Shown here piece after piece: positions 27,301-39,074 of a DNA stretch of 64,000 nt (position 1 is the first letter of the stretch; every line of letters starts with the position of its first letter). The translations under genes and the position numbers were made by a program. The notes under the pieces are model-generated. The model was not told where the DNA came from, did not search any database, and worked only from the letters and a program-made list of their open reading frames with translations. Origin of the DNA: an uncultured Holophagales bacterium (GTDB taxonomy: Bacteria; Acidobacteriota; Thermoanaerobaculia; UBA2201); NCBI GenBank assembly GCA_964603505.1, contig CAZRVT010000009.1, forward strand, positions 309 through 64,308, read 5' to 3'.

Positions 27301-28422
27301 TCACCGATCCCCTCCGACCTGTTGCCTCGCGGTCAGGCCTTCCCGATTGTTGATCCTGAACACCGGGATCTCCGAGCCCACGAACAAGCGCATGGGCGGG
27401 CCCCAGGTGCCGGCGCCCGAGGTGGTGTAGAGGTAGGCGTCCCCCTCGCGGTAGAGCCCGTAGGGGTATTCGAAAAAAGCGAAGATGATGGCGTCCAGCG
27501 GGGGGATCTGCCCCGCGTGCAGGTGGCCCGAGAGCTGGAGCTTCACGCCCGCCGCGCGGGCCAGGTCGAAGGCCCGCGGCGGGTGGTACAGGAAGAGAAC
27601 GGGGCGATCCGGCGGGAGGCCGGCGAAGAACGCCTTCGGCGTGACCGCCGGCTTCATCCCCATCCCCCGCCCCGCCGGATCGTCGAGCCCCGCCACGGTC
27701 CAGCCGTTGGGCAGGTCCGCGCGCTCGTTCCTCATCCAACGGAACCCCGCCCGGGTCACCAGGTCGCCGGCTCGGTCCAGCCCGGTGTAGAACTCGTGGT
27801 TGCCCGGCACGGCCCAAACGCCCAGGGGGGCCCGCAGGCGCCGGAGGGAGGGGATCAGGAATTCCAGCCCGCCGTTCCGCTCGTCCACCAGGTCCCCCGT
27901 GATGGCGATCAGGTCGGGTTTCGCGGCCAGCGTCCGATCGGCCAGACGCTCCACCTGCTTCGGCGAGGTCCAGCGGTTGAGGTGGACGTCGGAGAGATGG
28001 GCCACCGTCATCGGGGGCGCCCCGGGGATGGCGAGGTCGACGACCTTCACCTGGGGCGGAAGGGCGTTGTGGACCAGCGACACCGCCGCCGCGATGGCCG
28101 TCAGGGCCAGCGCCGCGATGTCGAAGGCGCGGGCGTGGGGCCTCCAGAGGAGCGTCGGGACGAGGAAGAGGAGCCAGAAGGTGAAGGCGATGAACACGGT
28201 GCCGAACCAGACATCGGCCCACACGGCCAACGGCTTCCAAGCCAGCGGCGTGACCCGAACGACGAGGAAGAGCAGGCCGGAGGCGGCGAAGAACGCTCGC
28301 AGGGTCCACAGCCAGGGCGCCGAGGGGGCGAACGCCCGGACGGCGAAATGGTAGAGGGGGAGGTGGGCCGAGCCGTACACGGCCGCGAGGACGACGACGA
28401 AGAGAAGGAGACCGAGACGCAT
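27301..28422 (-). CDS. Membrane-anchored calcineurin-like metallophosphoesterase (YkuE-like)
   Basis: Four N-terminal TM helices, then the phosphoesterase motifs HLSDVH, GDLVD, GNHE and GHLH. Confidence 0.8.
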   Translation of the reverse strand: MRLGLLLFVVVLAAVYGSAHLPLYHFAVRAFAPSAPWLWTLRAFFAASGLLFLVVRVTPLAWKPLAVWADVWFGTVFIAFTFWLLFLVPTLLWRPHARAFDIAALALTAIAAAVSLVHNALPPQVKVVDLAIPGAPPMTVAHLSDVHLNRWTSPKQVERLADRTLAAKPDLIAITGDLVDERNGGLEFLIPSLRRLRAPLGVWAVPGNHEFYTGLDRAGDLVTRAGFRWMRNERADLPNGWTVAGLDDPAGRGMGMKPAVTPKAFFAGLPPDRPVLFLYHPPRAFDLARAAGVKLQLSGHLHAGQIPPLDAIIFAFFEYPYGLYREGDAYLYTTSGAGTWGPPMRLFVGSEIPVFRINNREGLTARQQVGGDR

Positions 28423-28489
28423 GGGGGCGGGTCCTTTCGCGGGGGGCCTAAGGGAGAAGGGGCGCAGCCGCGCGATTATTCCCCGCGGC

Positions 28490-29164
28490 TCACACGTGGC
28501 GCGGCGGAAGCGGCGGGGTCCCTCCGGGTCCGGGCGGGGCGTCGGTGCGCATCTCCACCCGCCCCGGATCCATCCCCTCGGGGAATTGGATGAAGGCCCC
28601 GTTGATCAAAACGATGTCCGCGTCGAAGCCCCGGGTCGTCCCCTCGGGCGTGTCCACGAGGTCCCATCGCTCCCATGCGCCGTCCTTCCCCGCGCTTCCG
28701 AGGGCGTAGAGGGTGGGGGCCTCGTCCGCCTCGTCCTGAAGCCACGACTCGTACTTCAGCGCCCGGCCCCAACCGTCGGTCCGGGGCATTGCCTGGATAT
28801 AAGCGGGCTCCAGCAGGGCGGCCAGTTCTTCGATGGTGCCGGCGTCGGGGTAGGCCTGGGCGTCGGTCGCGTAGGCCTCCACCGCCGCGGCGATCCGCCG
28901 CATGTCGGCGATGGTGCGCAGTTGTTTATGGCGTTCCGCGGCGTTCAGCAAGCGGGGGATAGCGACGAAGGCGGCGACGCCGCCGACCGCCAGGAGAAGG
29001 AGCATCCCGCCGGCGGCGAAGAGGGCGATATTGGCGGCGGCGGTCCCGCTGGAGGGGGCGGCCGGCGGGGCGGGGGCCTCTCCCCCGAACCCCGTGGCGG
29101 TCCCGCACCACCGGCAAAACCGGTCGGTGTCGCCGACGGAGGTGCCGCACCGGGGGCAGAACAT
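28490..29164 (-). CDS. Zinc-ribbon / TM / pseudopilin-like (GspG-type fold) fusion protein lacking a prepilin leader
   Basis: N-terminal CPRCG...CRWCG zinc ribbon, then a TM helix ending in the pilin-like AIP (VAAFVAIPRLLNAAERHKQLRTIADMRRIAAAVEAYATDAQAYPDAGTIEELAALL). The C-terminal WGRALKYES...LGSAGKDGAW resembles the GspG DPWGxxY...LGxDGxxGG core. There is no G-F/M-T-L-I-E prepilin peptidase site. Confidence 0.6.
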   Translation of the reverse strand: MFCPRCGTSVGDTDRFCRWCGTATGFGGEAPAPPAAPSSGTAAANIALFAAGGMLLLLAVGGVAAFVAIPRLLNAAERHKQLRTIADMRRIAAAVEAYATDAQAYPDAGTIEELAALLEPAYIQAMPRTDGWGRALKYESWLQDEADEAPTLYALGSAGKDGAWERWDLVDTPEGTTRGFDADIVLINGAFIQFPEGMDPGRVEMRTDAPPGPGGTPPLPPRHV

Positions 29165-29189
29165 TTATGCCCGCCCCCTCCGGCCAGCT

Positions 29190-29219
29190 GAAGGCGGAAG
29201 GCGGAAGGCGGAAGGGCGG
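29190..29219. repeat. Heptamer tandem array (GAAGGCG)x3-4 in the intergenic spacer, followed by two copies of AACTCTGA
   Basis: gaaggcg gaaggcg gaaggcg gaagggcgg, lying between the zinc-ribbon pseudopilin-like gene start and the next gene's stop. Confidence 0.8.
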
Positions 29220-29274
29220 CCCAGGCGGGACTCCGAACTCTGAGCTCCCAACTCTGAACTGGAGCGAAGCGACT

Positions 29275-29634
29275 TCACCACTTCGGCGCCTCCTCCATCT
29301 GGTAGGTGGAACCGCAGTAGGGGCATCGCACGGAGATGCCCCCCTCGGCGACGGTGATGTTGTCCTTGCCCAGGGTGCCCGAGCACTGCCGGCACCGCAT
29401 CTCTTGGAGCTTCAGCTCGCCGGGGGCGTCGAGGGTGTGCTTGATCTCCACCTTCTGGATGACGGGCCGGGCGAAGGTCCAGCGGACGACGAGCCATCCC
29501 AGGGCGAACAGCACCGCGGCCACCGCGAGCCGGCCCGGGGAGAACGGATGCGGGCCGCTGGGGAAGGCGGCGATGAGGAACAGCAGCCCCAGCCCGAAAC
29601 AGGCGGCCGAAGCGAGGTAGGCGAGGATCTTCAT
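29275..29634 (-). CDS. Membrane protein with C-terminal zinc-ribbon (CxxC...CxxC)
   Basis: Two TM helices (ILAYLASAACFGLGLLFLIAAF, LAVAAVLFALGWLVV), then CRQCSG...CPYCGS. Likely co-transcribed with the downstream zinc-ribbon pseudopilin-like gene. Confidence 0.5.
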   Translation of the reverse strand: MKILAYLASAACFGLGLLFLIAAFPSGPHPFSPGRLAVAAVLFALGWLVVRWTFARPVIQKVEIKHTLDAPGELKLQEMRCRQCSGTLGKDNITVAEGGISVRCPYCGSTYQMEEAPKW

Positions 29635-29723
29635 GGCGTCATTTTACCATTTCCAATCGGGGTCGGAATGGGGTAAAATCGATCAACGCTTTGATGAGCA
29701 AGCCAACTACACGAGGAGGGACT

Positions 29724-32435
<2,712 letters not shown>

Positions 32436-32511
32436 TCGGAGGCCACGGGAGCCCCCCATAAAACGGTGCCTCGCCCGCGCCCCGTAGCGCCCGCGTCCCA
32501 CCCGTCCCCCA

Positions 32512-32541
32512 ACGCCCCCGACCGCCCGGGGGCGTTTTTTT
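32512..32541 (+). terminator. Rho-independent terminator after acnA (GCCCCCG-accgcc-CGGGGGC then GTTTTTTT)
   Basis: A GC stem followed by a 7-T run, about 75 nt after the acnA stop. Confidence 0.8.
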
Positions 32542-32839
32542 CCCGCAAGGCCGTCCCTGGCGTTGCCGGGAGGGCGGAGCCGGGGAGGGCCTCCATTCTC
32601 TCCTGCATCAACGCCGTTGGGGCGGCGCCGGAACACATGATCGCGTTGCGCTGCAGGCCGATAGGACAGCCCTGCCCCTCCGTGGCCATCATGAAGAGGT
32701 CGGCGTTCTCGGGGTCCGCCGCCAGGAGCGCGGGCTTCATGGGGCCGAGGGGGGCGGATCGATGCGCCGGCGGTGGCGCCGCAGGCCTGGCCTGGCCTAT
32801 AATGGAAGCGTGACCCATCTCATCCTGGCGGTGATCCTT

Positions 32840-34291
32840 ATGACGACCCAACTCTCCGTCCGCGAACCGGTGGTGGTGGGGCGGTTCTATCCCGGGGACC
32901 GCGCCGCTCTGCAGAAGGAAGTGAAGGGATACCTGGAAGCCGCCCCCGACCCCAAGATCGAGGGGCCGGTTCTGGCCCTCGTCTCGCCCCACGCGGGGTA
33001 CTCGTTCTCCGGGCCGACGGCGGGCCGGGCGATGAAGGCCCTGGCGGGGAGTGGGGTGAAGCGGGTTCTTTTGATCGGGACGGGGCACGCGGCCTACTAC
33101 GAGCGCGGGGCGGTGCTGGCCGATTACGACGCTTTCGCCACGCCGCTCGGGCCGGTCCCGGTGGACCGCGCGGCCGTGGCCGGGTTGGCGAAACAGGCCG
33201 GCTTCAAGGTGGCCAACCACCTCCATGCGCGGGAGCATTCACTGGAAGTGCAGCTTCCGTTCCTCCAGGAGGTCCTTCGGGAGTTCTCCATCGTTCCGAT
33301 GGTGATGGGGGGGCAGACGACGCCCGAGGACGCCGACGCCGTGGCCCGGGGCCTGCGGCCCCTGCTGGGCGAAAAGACGATCCTGGTCCTCTCCACCGAC
33401 TTCACCCATTACGGCCCCAACTACGACTACGTGCCGTTCCGCGAGGAGGTCTCCGCGCGGATGCGCGCCCTCGATTGGGGGGCGTGGGAGCTGGTGCGCC
33501 CGGGGTTCCAGGAGCGGTTCGCCGCCTACATCGAGACCACCGGAGCGACGGTGTGCGGCGAAAAGGGGCTGATGGTCCTCTGCGCCCTCCTGCCGTCCGG
33601 CGCGAAAAAAACGACGCTTCAATACACCTCCAGCGGCGAGGTCCTCCAGGACTACGACAACGCCGTGGGGTACCTGGCGGGGGCGTTCACCGGGCAGTGG
33701 AACGGCCCGACGCCGACGCCCGCGCGGAAGCCCCATTCCGGCAACCTGGCGGCGGCGGAGAAGAAGGCCCTGGTGCGCCTGGCCCGCGGGGCCCTCGTCT
33801 CGCATGTCGCCGGCGCCGACGACCTCTCCCGCGTCCTGCGGGACCTGGACCTGACTCCGGGCCTGACGGGCGTGGCCGGCGCCTTCGTCACGCTGAAGGT
33901 GGGGGAGGACCTGCGGGGGTGCATCGGCTCCATCGAGGGGCGGGAGCCGCTGTGGCTTTCGGTGGTCCACAACGCCGCCAACGCCGCCACGCGCGATCCC
34001 CGGTTCCGCCCCGTTCGGCCGGAGGAGCTGACGCTTCTTTCGGTCGAGGTCTCGGCCCTCTCCCCCATGAAACCGGTCGCCTCCTACAAGGATATCGTTC
34101 TGGGGACCCATGGGGTCGTGCTGGAGAAACGGGGGCGTAGCGCCGTCTTCCTCCCGCAGGTGGCCACCGAGACGGGGTGGACGCTCGACCAATTCCTCTC
34201 CCACCTGGCGCAGAAGGCGGGGCTGGCGGCTTCGGATTGGAAGGACGGGGCCTCATTCCGCGTTTTCACCGCCGAGGTGATCCATGAATGA
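32840..34291 (+). CDS. Fused AmmeMemoRadiSam system protein B (Memo-like) and protein A (AMMECR1 domain)
   Basis: N-terminal half is Memo-like (VVVGRFYPGD, SPHAGYSFSG, STDFTHYGPNYDY). C-terminal half is AMMECR1-like (GAFVTLKVGEDLRGCIGS, AVFLPQVATETGWTLDQFLSHLAQKAGL). Start set at MTTQLSV (32840). Confidence 0.8.
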   Translation: MTTQLSVREPVVVGRFYPGDRAALQKEVKGYLEAAPDPKIEGPVLALVSPHAGYSFSGPTAGRAMKALAGSGVKRVLLIGTGHAAYYERGAVLADYDAFATPLGPVPVDRAAVAGLAKQAGFKVANHLHAREHSLEVQLPFLQEVLREFSIVPMVMGGQTTPEDADAVARGLRPLLGEKTILVLSTDFTHYGPNYDYVPFREEVSARMRALDWGAWELVRPGFQERFAAYIETTGATVCGEKGLMVLCALLPSGAKKTTLQYTSSGEVLQDYDNAVGYLAGAFTGQWNGPTPTPARKPHSGNLAAAEKKALVRLARGALVSHVAGADDLSRVLRDLDLTPGLTGVAGAFVTLKVGEDLRGCIGSIEGREPLWLSVVHNAANAATRDPRFRPVRPEELTLLSVEVSALSPMKPVASYKDIVLGTHGVVLEKRGRSAVFLPQVATETGWTLDQFLSHLAQKAGLAASDWKDGASFRVFTAEVIHE

Positions 34292-35210
34292 CTGGGACCG
34301 GAGGGAGGTGCTGGCGGGAGTCGTCGGCCTCCTGGCGATGAATCTGCCCGCGGGGACCCCGGCGGCCGCCGATGTCGGCGTGGCCTTCGGGGGAAGTGTT
34401 GAAGAGAAGGCCGCCAAGGCCATCCTCTACTCGACGGGACGGGAGCCGACGGCTTTTTTCCGGTCGGTCCTTTCGCAGAAGGATGTCGTCGGCCTGAAAC
34501 TGAATTGCCTCGCCGGGCGGCCGCTTGCGCCGCGGGTGGAACTGGTGGAGGCGCTGGTGCGGTTCCTCGTCCGGGCCGGGGTGCCCGAGGAGCAGGTGAT
34601 CGTGTGGGAGCGCTCCGACCGCGAGCTCCAGCGGGCCGGGTTCGACCTCCGGACCGAAGGGAAACGGTACCGCTGTTACGGCACCAACGGGCAGTACGAC
34701 AAGGAGGTTTCCGAGAGCCGATCCGTCGGGACCTGCTTCTCGTCTATCCTGTCGCAGCAAATCACCAAACTCATCAATGTGGGGGTCCTCAAGGACCACG
34801 ACCTCGCGGGGGTCTCCGTGGGGCTGAAGAACTACTACGGCGTCATCCACAACCCCAACAAGTACCACGGCAACAACTGCACCCCCGGCGTGGCCCACCT
34901 GGCGAACCATCCCCTCATCCAGGGCAAGCACATTCTGACGGTGATTGACGCCGAGGTGTGCCAATACCACGGCGGCCCGGCCTACCGCGCCGACGCCGTC
35001 GTCCCCTTCGGGGCCGTGGCCGCCTCGGCCGACCTCGTCGCCTGCGATTTCTGGGGCCTGCGCGAAATCGAGCGGATCCGCAAGGAGAAGGGGAAAGGGA
35101 CCCTGGAGGCCGAGAAGCGTGCCCCGCAGTGGCTGAAGGTCGCGGCGGAGATCGGGCTGACGAGGGTTCGCCCCGAGACGCTGAAGGTGGCCACGGACGC
35201 CTCATCGTAG
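34284..35210 (+). CDS. Tat-signal protein, possibly DUF362 family, inserted inside the AmmeMemoRadiSam operon
   Basis: Twin-arginine signal MNDWDRREVLAGVVGLLAMNLPAGTPAAA. The family assignment (DUF362-like) is from memory of motifs and is uncertain. 8-nt ATGAATGA overlap with the upstream gene and 3 nt before the radical SAM gene. Confidence 0.55.
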   Translation: MNDWDRREVLAGVVGLLAMNLPAGTPAAADVGVAFGGSVEEKAAKAILYSTGREPTAFFRSVLSQKDVVGLKLNCLAGRPLAPRVELVEALVRFLVRAGVPEEQVIVWERSDRELQRAGFDLRTEGKRYRCYGTNGQYDKEVSESRSVGTCFSSILSQQITKLINVGVLKDHDLAGVSVGLKNYYGVIHNPNKYHGNNCTPGVAHLANHPLIQGKHILTVIDAEVCQYHGGPAYRADAVVPFGAVAASADLVACDFWGLREIERIRKEKGKGTLEAEKRAPQWLKVAAEIGLTRVRPETLKVATDASS

Positions 35211-35213
35211 CCC

Positions 35214-36287
35214 ATGCCCGAGCCGACGCTCCCTCCCGCCCTCCCCGAGCCCCTGACGGAGGCCGACCGGCAGTTCCCCCCGGTGGAGGCGAAGTACTGG
35301 AAGAAGCTGGACGGCGGACGGGTGGAGTGCGTCCTCTGCCCCGCCCAATGCCGGGTGGCCGACCGGGAGCGGGGGGCCTGCGGCGTGCGGGAGAATCGGG
35401 GCGGCGTCTATTACACGCTCGTCCATTCGCGGGTCTGCTCCGCCCATGTGGACCCCATCGAAAAGAAGCCCCTCTTCCACGTTCTCCCCGGCACCACCGC
35501 CTTCTCCCTGGCCACCCCCGGCTGCAACATGGCCTGCTCCTTCTGCCAGAACTGGGAGATCAGCCAGTTCCGTCCGGAGCAGATCGATTGCCAGAAGCTC
35601 CCGCCGGACCGGGTGCCGCCGCGCGCGAAGCGCTGGGGGGCCCCCACGGTCGCCTTCACCTACACCGAGCCGGTGGTCTTCACCGAGTACCTGCTCGACG
35701 TTGCCGCCGCGAACCGGAAGGAGGGCCTGCGCTCGGTCGTCATCACCAACGGCTGGATCCAGGAGGAACCCCTCAAGGACTGGCTGAAGGCCCTGGATGC
35801 CGTGAAGGTGGACCTCAAGGCCTTCACGCAGAAGTTCTACGAGGAGCAAACCGGCGGGCGGCTCATCGACGTCCTCGACACGCTGATCCGCGTCCGGAAG
35901 GCCGGGGTGTGGCTGGAGATCGTCACTCTCTTGATCCCCACCCTCAACGATTCCGCGAAGGAGGCGGCCTCCCTCGCCCGCTGGGTGGCGAGGAATCTCG
36001 GCCCCGAAGTGCCCCTTCACTTCACCCGGTTCCACCCGGAATACCGCCTCCGCAACCTCCCCGCGACGCCGGTTCGCACCCTCGAGAGGGCCCGCGATGC
36101 CGCCCTGGCCGAGGGGCTGAAGTTCGTCTACCTCGGCAACGTCCCCGGCCATCCCGCCGAGAACACCGCCTGCCCACAGTGCGGCAACGTCATTCTCAAA
36201 CGCTACGCGTTGAGCCTGACCGAGAACCATGTCGTCAAGGGCGCATGCGAATATTGCAAGGCGAAGATTCCGGGGGTGTGGGCCTAA
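35214..36287 (+). CDS. AmmeMemoRadiSam system radical SAM enzyme
   Basis: CNMACSFCQNW (CxxxCxxC radical SAM cluster), N-terminal cysteines (CVLCPAQC...C) and C-terminal CPQCG...CEYC. The architecture matches the radical SAM partner of Memo/AMMECR1. Confidence 0.8.
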   Translation: MPEPTLPPALPEPLTEADRQFPPVEAKYWKKLDGGRVECVLCPAQCRVADRERGACGVRENRGGVYYTLVHSRVCSAHVDPIEKKPLFHVLPGTTAFSLATPGCNMACSFCQNWEISQFRPEQIDCQKLPPDRVPPRAKRWGAPTVAFTYTEPVVFTEYLLDVAAANRKEGLRSVVITNGWIQEEPLKDWLKALDAVKVDLKAFTQKFYEEQTGGRLIDVLDTLIRVRKAGVWLEIVTLLIPTLNDSAKEAASLARWVARNLGPEVPLHFTRFHPEYRLRNLPATPVRTLERARDAALAEGLKFVYLGNVPGHPAENTACPQCGNVILKRYALSLTENHVVKGACEYCKAKIPGVWA

Positions 36288-36384
36288 GATCAGGCGACAG
36301 GGCGCCGGCGGCGGCTAACAAAAAGCGGGCCGCAGGGCCGTAGAGACACCCGTCGCAGGGGCACAGCGGGCGGTGCCCGGCCGC

Positions 36385-36414
36385 TTTACATATTCGCCCA
36401 TCGTCGCTTATAAT
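36385..36414 (+). promoter_or_regulatory. Sigma-70-like promoter TTTACA-17 nt-TATAAT ending 11 nt before the kinase ATG (near-leaderless)
   Basis: Near-consensus hexamers with a 17-nt spacer, then cagatttcact ATG. Confidence 0.55.
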
Positions 36415-36425
36415 CAGATTTCACT

Positions 36426-38957
36426 ATGGAAGGGGATCGGACCGGGAAAAGCACCACGCCGATGCCGCCGCCGGGCATCCATGAATACGCCTTCGAGCGC
36501 GGGCAGCTTCTCCTGGACCGGTTCGAGGTCCTGGAGCCGCTCGGTGTTGGGGGCGTCGGCGAGGTGTATCGGGTCCGGGACCATTGGCTCGGCGAAGAGG
36601 TCGCCCTCAAGATCGTCTTGCGCGGTTCCTTGCGCGCGGTCGATCTGGAGCGGGTCCGGCGCGAAGTCGCCATCGCGAGGAAGCTGAGTCATCCCAACAT
36701 CCTGAAGTATTACGATCTTCATGAATTCGATCGCGGCCTGGCCCTCGGCATGGAGTGGGTCCGGGGCAGCACCCTTCAGGACCTTCTCGACCGTGGGGGG
36801 CCGCTCGACGAGAACACCATCCGGGCCATCCTGCCGCAGATCGTCGAGGCGATGGAGCACCTTCACGCGAACGAGATCGTCCACCGCGACATCAAACCTT
36901 CGAACCTCTTCATCGGCGACGACGGGACGGTCAAGCTGGGGGACTTCGGCATCGTCCACACCGAAGGGGCGGAGGGGCTGACCCTGACGGGGGAGGCGAT
37001 CGGGACTCCCACCTACATGTCCCCGGAGCAGATCCAGGGCAAAAACCTCACGCCCGCCGCGGACTACTATTCTCTGGGGATCACGCTTTACGAACTGGCG
37101 TCCGGCCGGGTCCCCTTCGAGGGGACCTACGGCGAGGTGGCTTCGGCGCACCTTCACCAGCCGCTGTCCGGTGTGTGCGGCTTGCCGCTCTCGGCCCCCC
37201 TGAAGCGGCTCATCCTGGGGCTCCTTGATAAGCGACCGGAACGGCGCTGGGGCGCAATCGAGGCCCGGCATTACTGCACCCGGCGCCGCCTGCCCCTCTT
37301 GCCGCAGCAGCGGCGTCGGGCAGTGATTGCGGCCGCCATCATCTGCCTCGCGGGCGGCGCGGCATTCTTGGCGCCCCGCAGCTTGGCCCGCACCCGGCCA
37401 TTGGAGGTGACCATCGAGGGCCGAACGGTCTCCTGCGCGCAAGCTGGACGGTTGCGATGGCAAAAGAAATTCGATTCCGCCGTCCTCGGACACGTCCTCA
37501 TGGATGTGGACGGCGATGAGGCGGACGAGGTCATTCTCGGATTGCGTCTTCGGGTGTCCTCTGGTTCATCCCCCTCGGCCTTCCCGACATGGAAAGCTTC
37601 CGGGGACCCGGGTCCACCCCTGTTCTTAAATACAGGGCATCTGCTTGATTCCTTTGGCGCCCATTCTCCGAATTATCGGGCGATCATCAAGCGTCAAAAG
37701 TTGTTTTCCAAGAGCCAGGATGATCTCGTCATCTCTTTGCAGCACGAAACCTTTTATCCATTCTATCTCGCTATTTGGAGCGCGGAGCAGAGAAAAGAGA
37801 TCCTTTCGTTGGAGCATCCCGGCTGGATCAATCAAATCGAGCGATGGAAGGACGGCTTAGCCATTTGGGGGGGGAATGCCCGTCTGCTCCATTTGACCTG
37901 CTTGGCCCTCACGGGGCCCGTGGGGAGGGAGGGGACGGCAGATGGATTGGGCCTGGGGGGGGCCCAACCCAATGTTTCAAATCTGCGCGCTTATTATCTG
38001 CTGGAGAATTTCAACACGGGCAGCCAGGTGGCCGAGATGAGCCCGGAGGGCAGCATTCAAGTGCCCTCGTCCAAAGGCGATCTGGTTCTGCGAGACGATA
38101 ATACTCTGGAGGGAATGGGGCCGGGGGCCTCCAACCGCTCTCTTCATTGCTTGCACGCGGTCCTCCAGGTGCGTGAGCAGATGAACATCGGGCGTTGGCC
38201 GGAGGCGGCGAGTTTGATTGAAGAGACACGCAGGATCGCCGAGGAAAGCGGCCTCCAGGGGTGGGAGCTGGTGATGAAATGGCTGGATGCGGAACGCCTC
38301 GCCCGGGAAGGTGATATCGAAGGCGCCGTGAAGAAATGCTTTTCCCTAGTTAAGGAGCACCCCACCCGCGCCCAGGAACTCCCGGTTTGGGCGGGTTATT
38401 ACCGCTATCTCGCGGGGGATTTCGCCGGCGCCCGGACCACCTGGCTGGGACACCCTTCCGCCGCCCTCGTGGGAGGGGGAAAGGAGTGGGAGCTGTATCC
38501 CGCCTGCGTGTTCGCCTCCCTCCTGGAGGGTGTCCCGGACGACCGCCTCCGCGCCATGATCGAGGAATATTCGGCTGGCATGGAACAGGGGTATTACTGG
38601 CGGCGGTTCCTGGCGATGCAGAGAGGGTGGATCCCGCTCCTTCGAGGCGACCCGGCCGCGGCCATCCCGGTGCTTAAGGGCGCCCTGACCGAACCGAGCT
38701 TCGAGCCGCACGCTGCCGGCTACTTCCTGGCCCGCATCCTGACCGGGACCTACGATCCGGCCGAGATGGAGGCCTACGCCGGAAAACAGGGCGGCAACCC
38801 CCTCTACCTCCAGTGGATCGCCGCCGTCGGCGTGGGGGACCGGGACCGTGCCAAGCAGTGTTGGCGGGCGATCGAGTTGGAGGCCTGGGAGTCCCAGGAC
38901 ACGGCGCTGATGGTGCCGGTGATCAACCGCCTGCGGGGCCGCCTGAAGCGCCATTGA
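36426..38957 (+). CDS. Hanks-type Ser/Thr protein kinase with one TM helix and a large unusual C-terminal region
   Basis: LGVGGVGEVY (Gly loop), VALK (lysine), HRDIKPSN (catalytic loop), DFG, GTPTYMSPE. A TM segment AVIAAAIICLAGGAAFLA is followed by ~500 aa with no recognisable domain, including a low-GC stretch (~37560-38120). Confidence 0.9.
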   Translation: MEGDRTGKSTTPMPPPGIHEYAFERGQLLLDRFEVLEPLGVGGVGEVYRVRDHWLGEEVALKIVLRGSLRAVDLERVRREVAIARKLSHPNILKYYDLHEFDRGLALGMEWVRGSTLQDLLDRGGPLDENTIRAILPQIVEAMEHLHANEIVHRDIKPSNLFIGDDGTVKLGDFGIVHTEGAEGLTLTGEAIGTPTYMSPEQIQGKNLTPAADYYSLGITLYELASGRVPFEGTYGEVASAHLHQPLSGVCGLPLSAPLKRLILGLLDKRPERRWGAIEARHYCTRRRLPLLPQQRRRAVIAAAIICLAGGAAFLAPRSLARTRPLEVTIEGRTVSCAQAGRLRWQKKFDSAVLGHVLMDVDGDEADEVILGLRLRVSSGSSPSAFPTWKASGDPGPPLFLNTGHLLDSFGAHSPNYRAIIKRQKLFSKSQDDLVISLQHETFYPFYLAIWSAEQRKEILSLEHPGWINQIERWKDGLAIWGGNARLLHLTCLALTGPVGREGTADGLGLGGAQPNVSNLRAYYLLENFNTGSQVAEMSPEGSIQVPSSKGDLVLRDDNTLEGMGPGASNRSLHCLHAVLQVREQMNIGRWPEAASLIEETRRIAEESGLQGWELVMKWLDAERLAREGDIEGAVKKCFSLVKEHPTRAQELPVWAGYYRYLAGDFAGARTTWLGHPSAALVGGGKEWELYPACVFASLLEGVPDDRLRAMIEEYSAGMEQGYYWRRFLAMQRGWIPLLRGDPAAAIPVLKGALTEPSFEPHAAGYFLARILTGTYDPAEMEAYAGKQGGNPLYLQWIAAVGVGDRDRAKQCWRAIELEAWESQDTALMVPVINRLRGRLKRH

Positions 38958-39074
38958 GCCCACCCCCAGCCGATCCTGCCCGTAGGAACCGATGTCGTTT
39001 TTCGTGCGCTTGTCAAGCCCCGATGAAGCCCATTTTTATGTTGCGAGATCCGGAGAGAGCCAGTTTTTCCAGGG

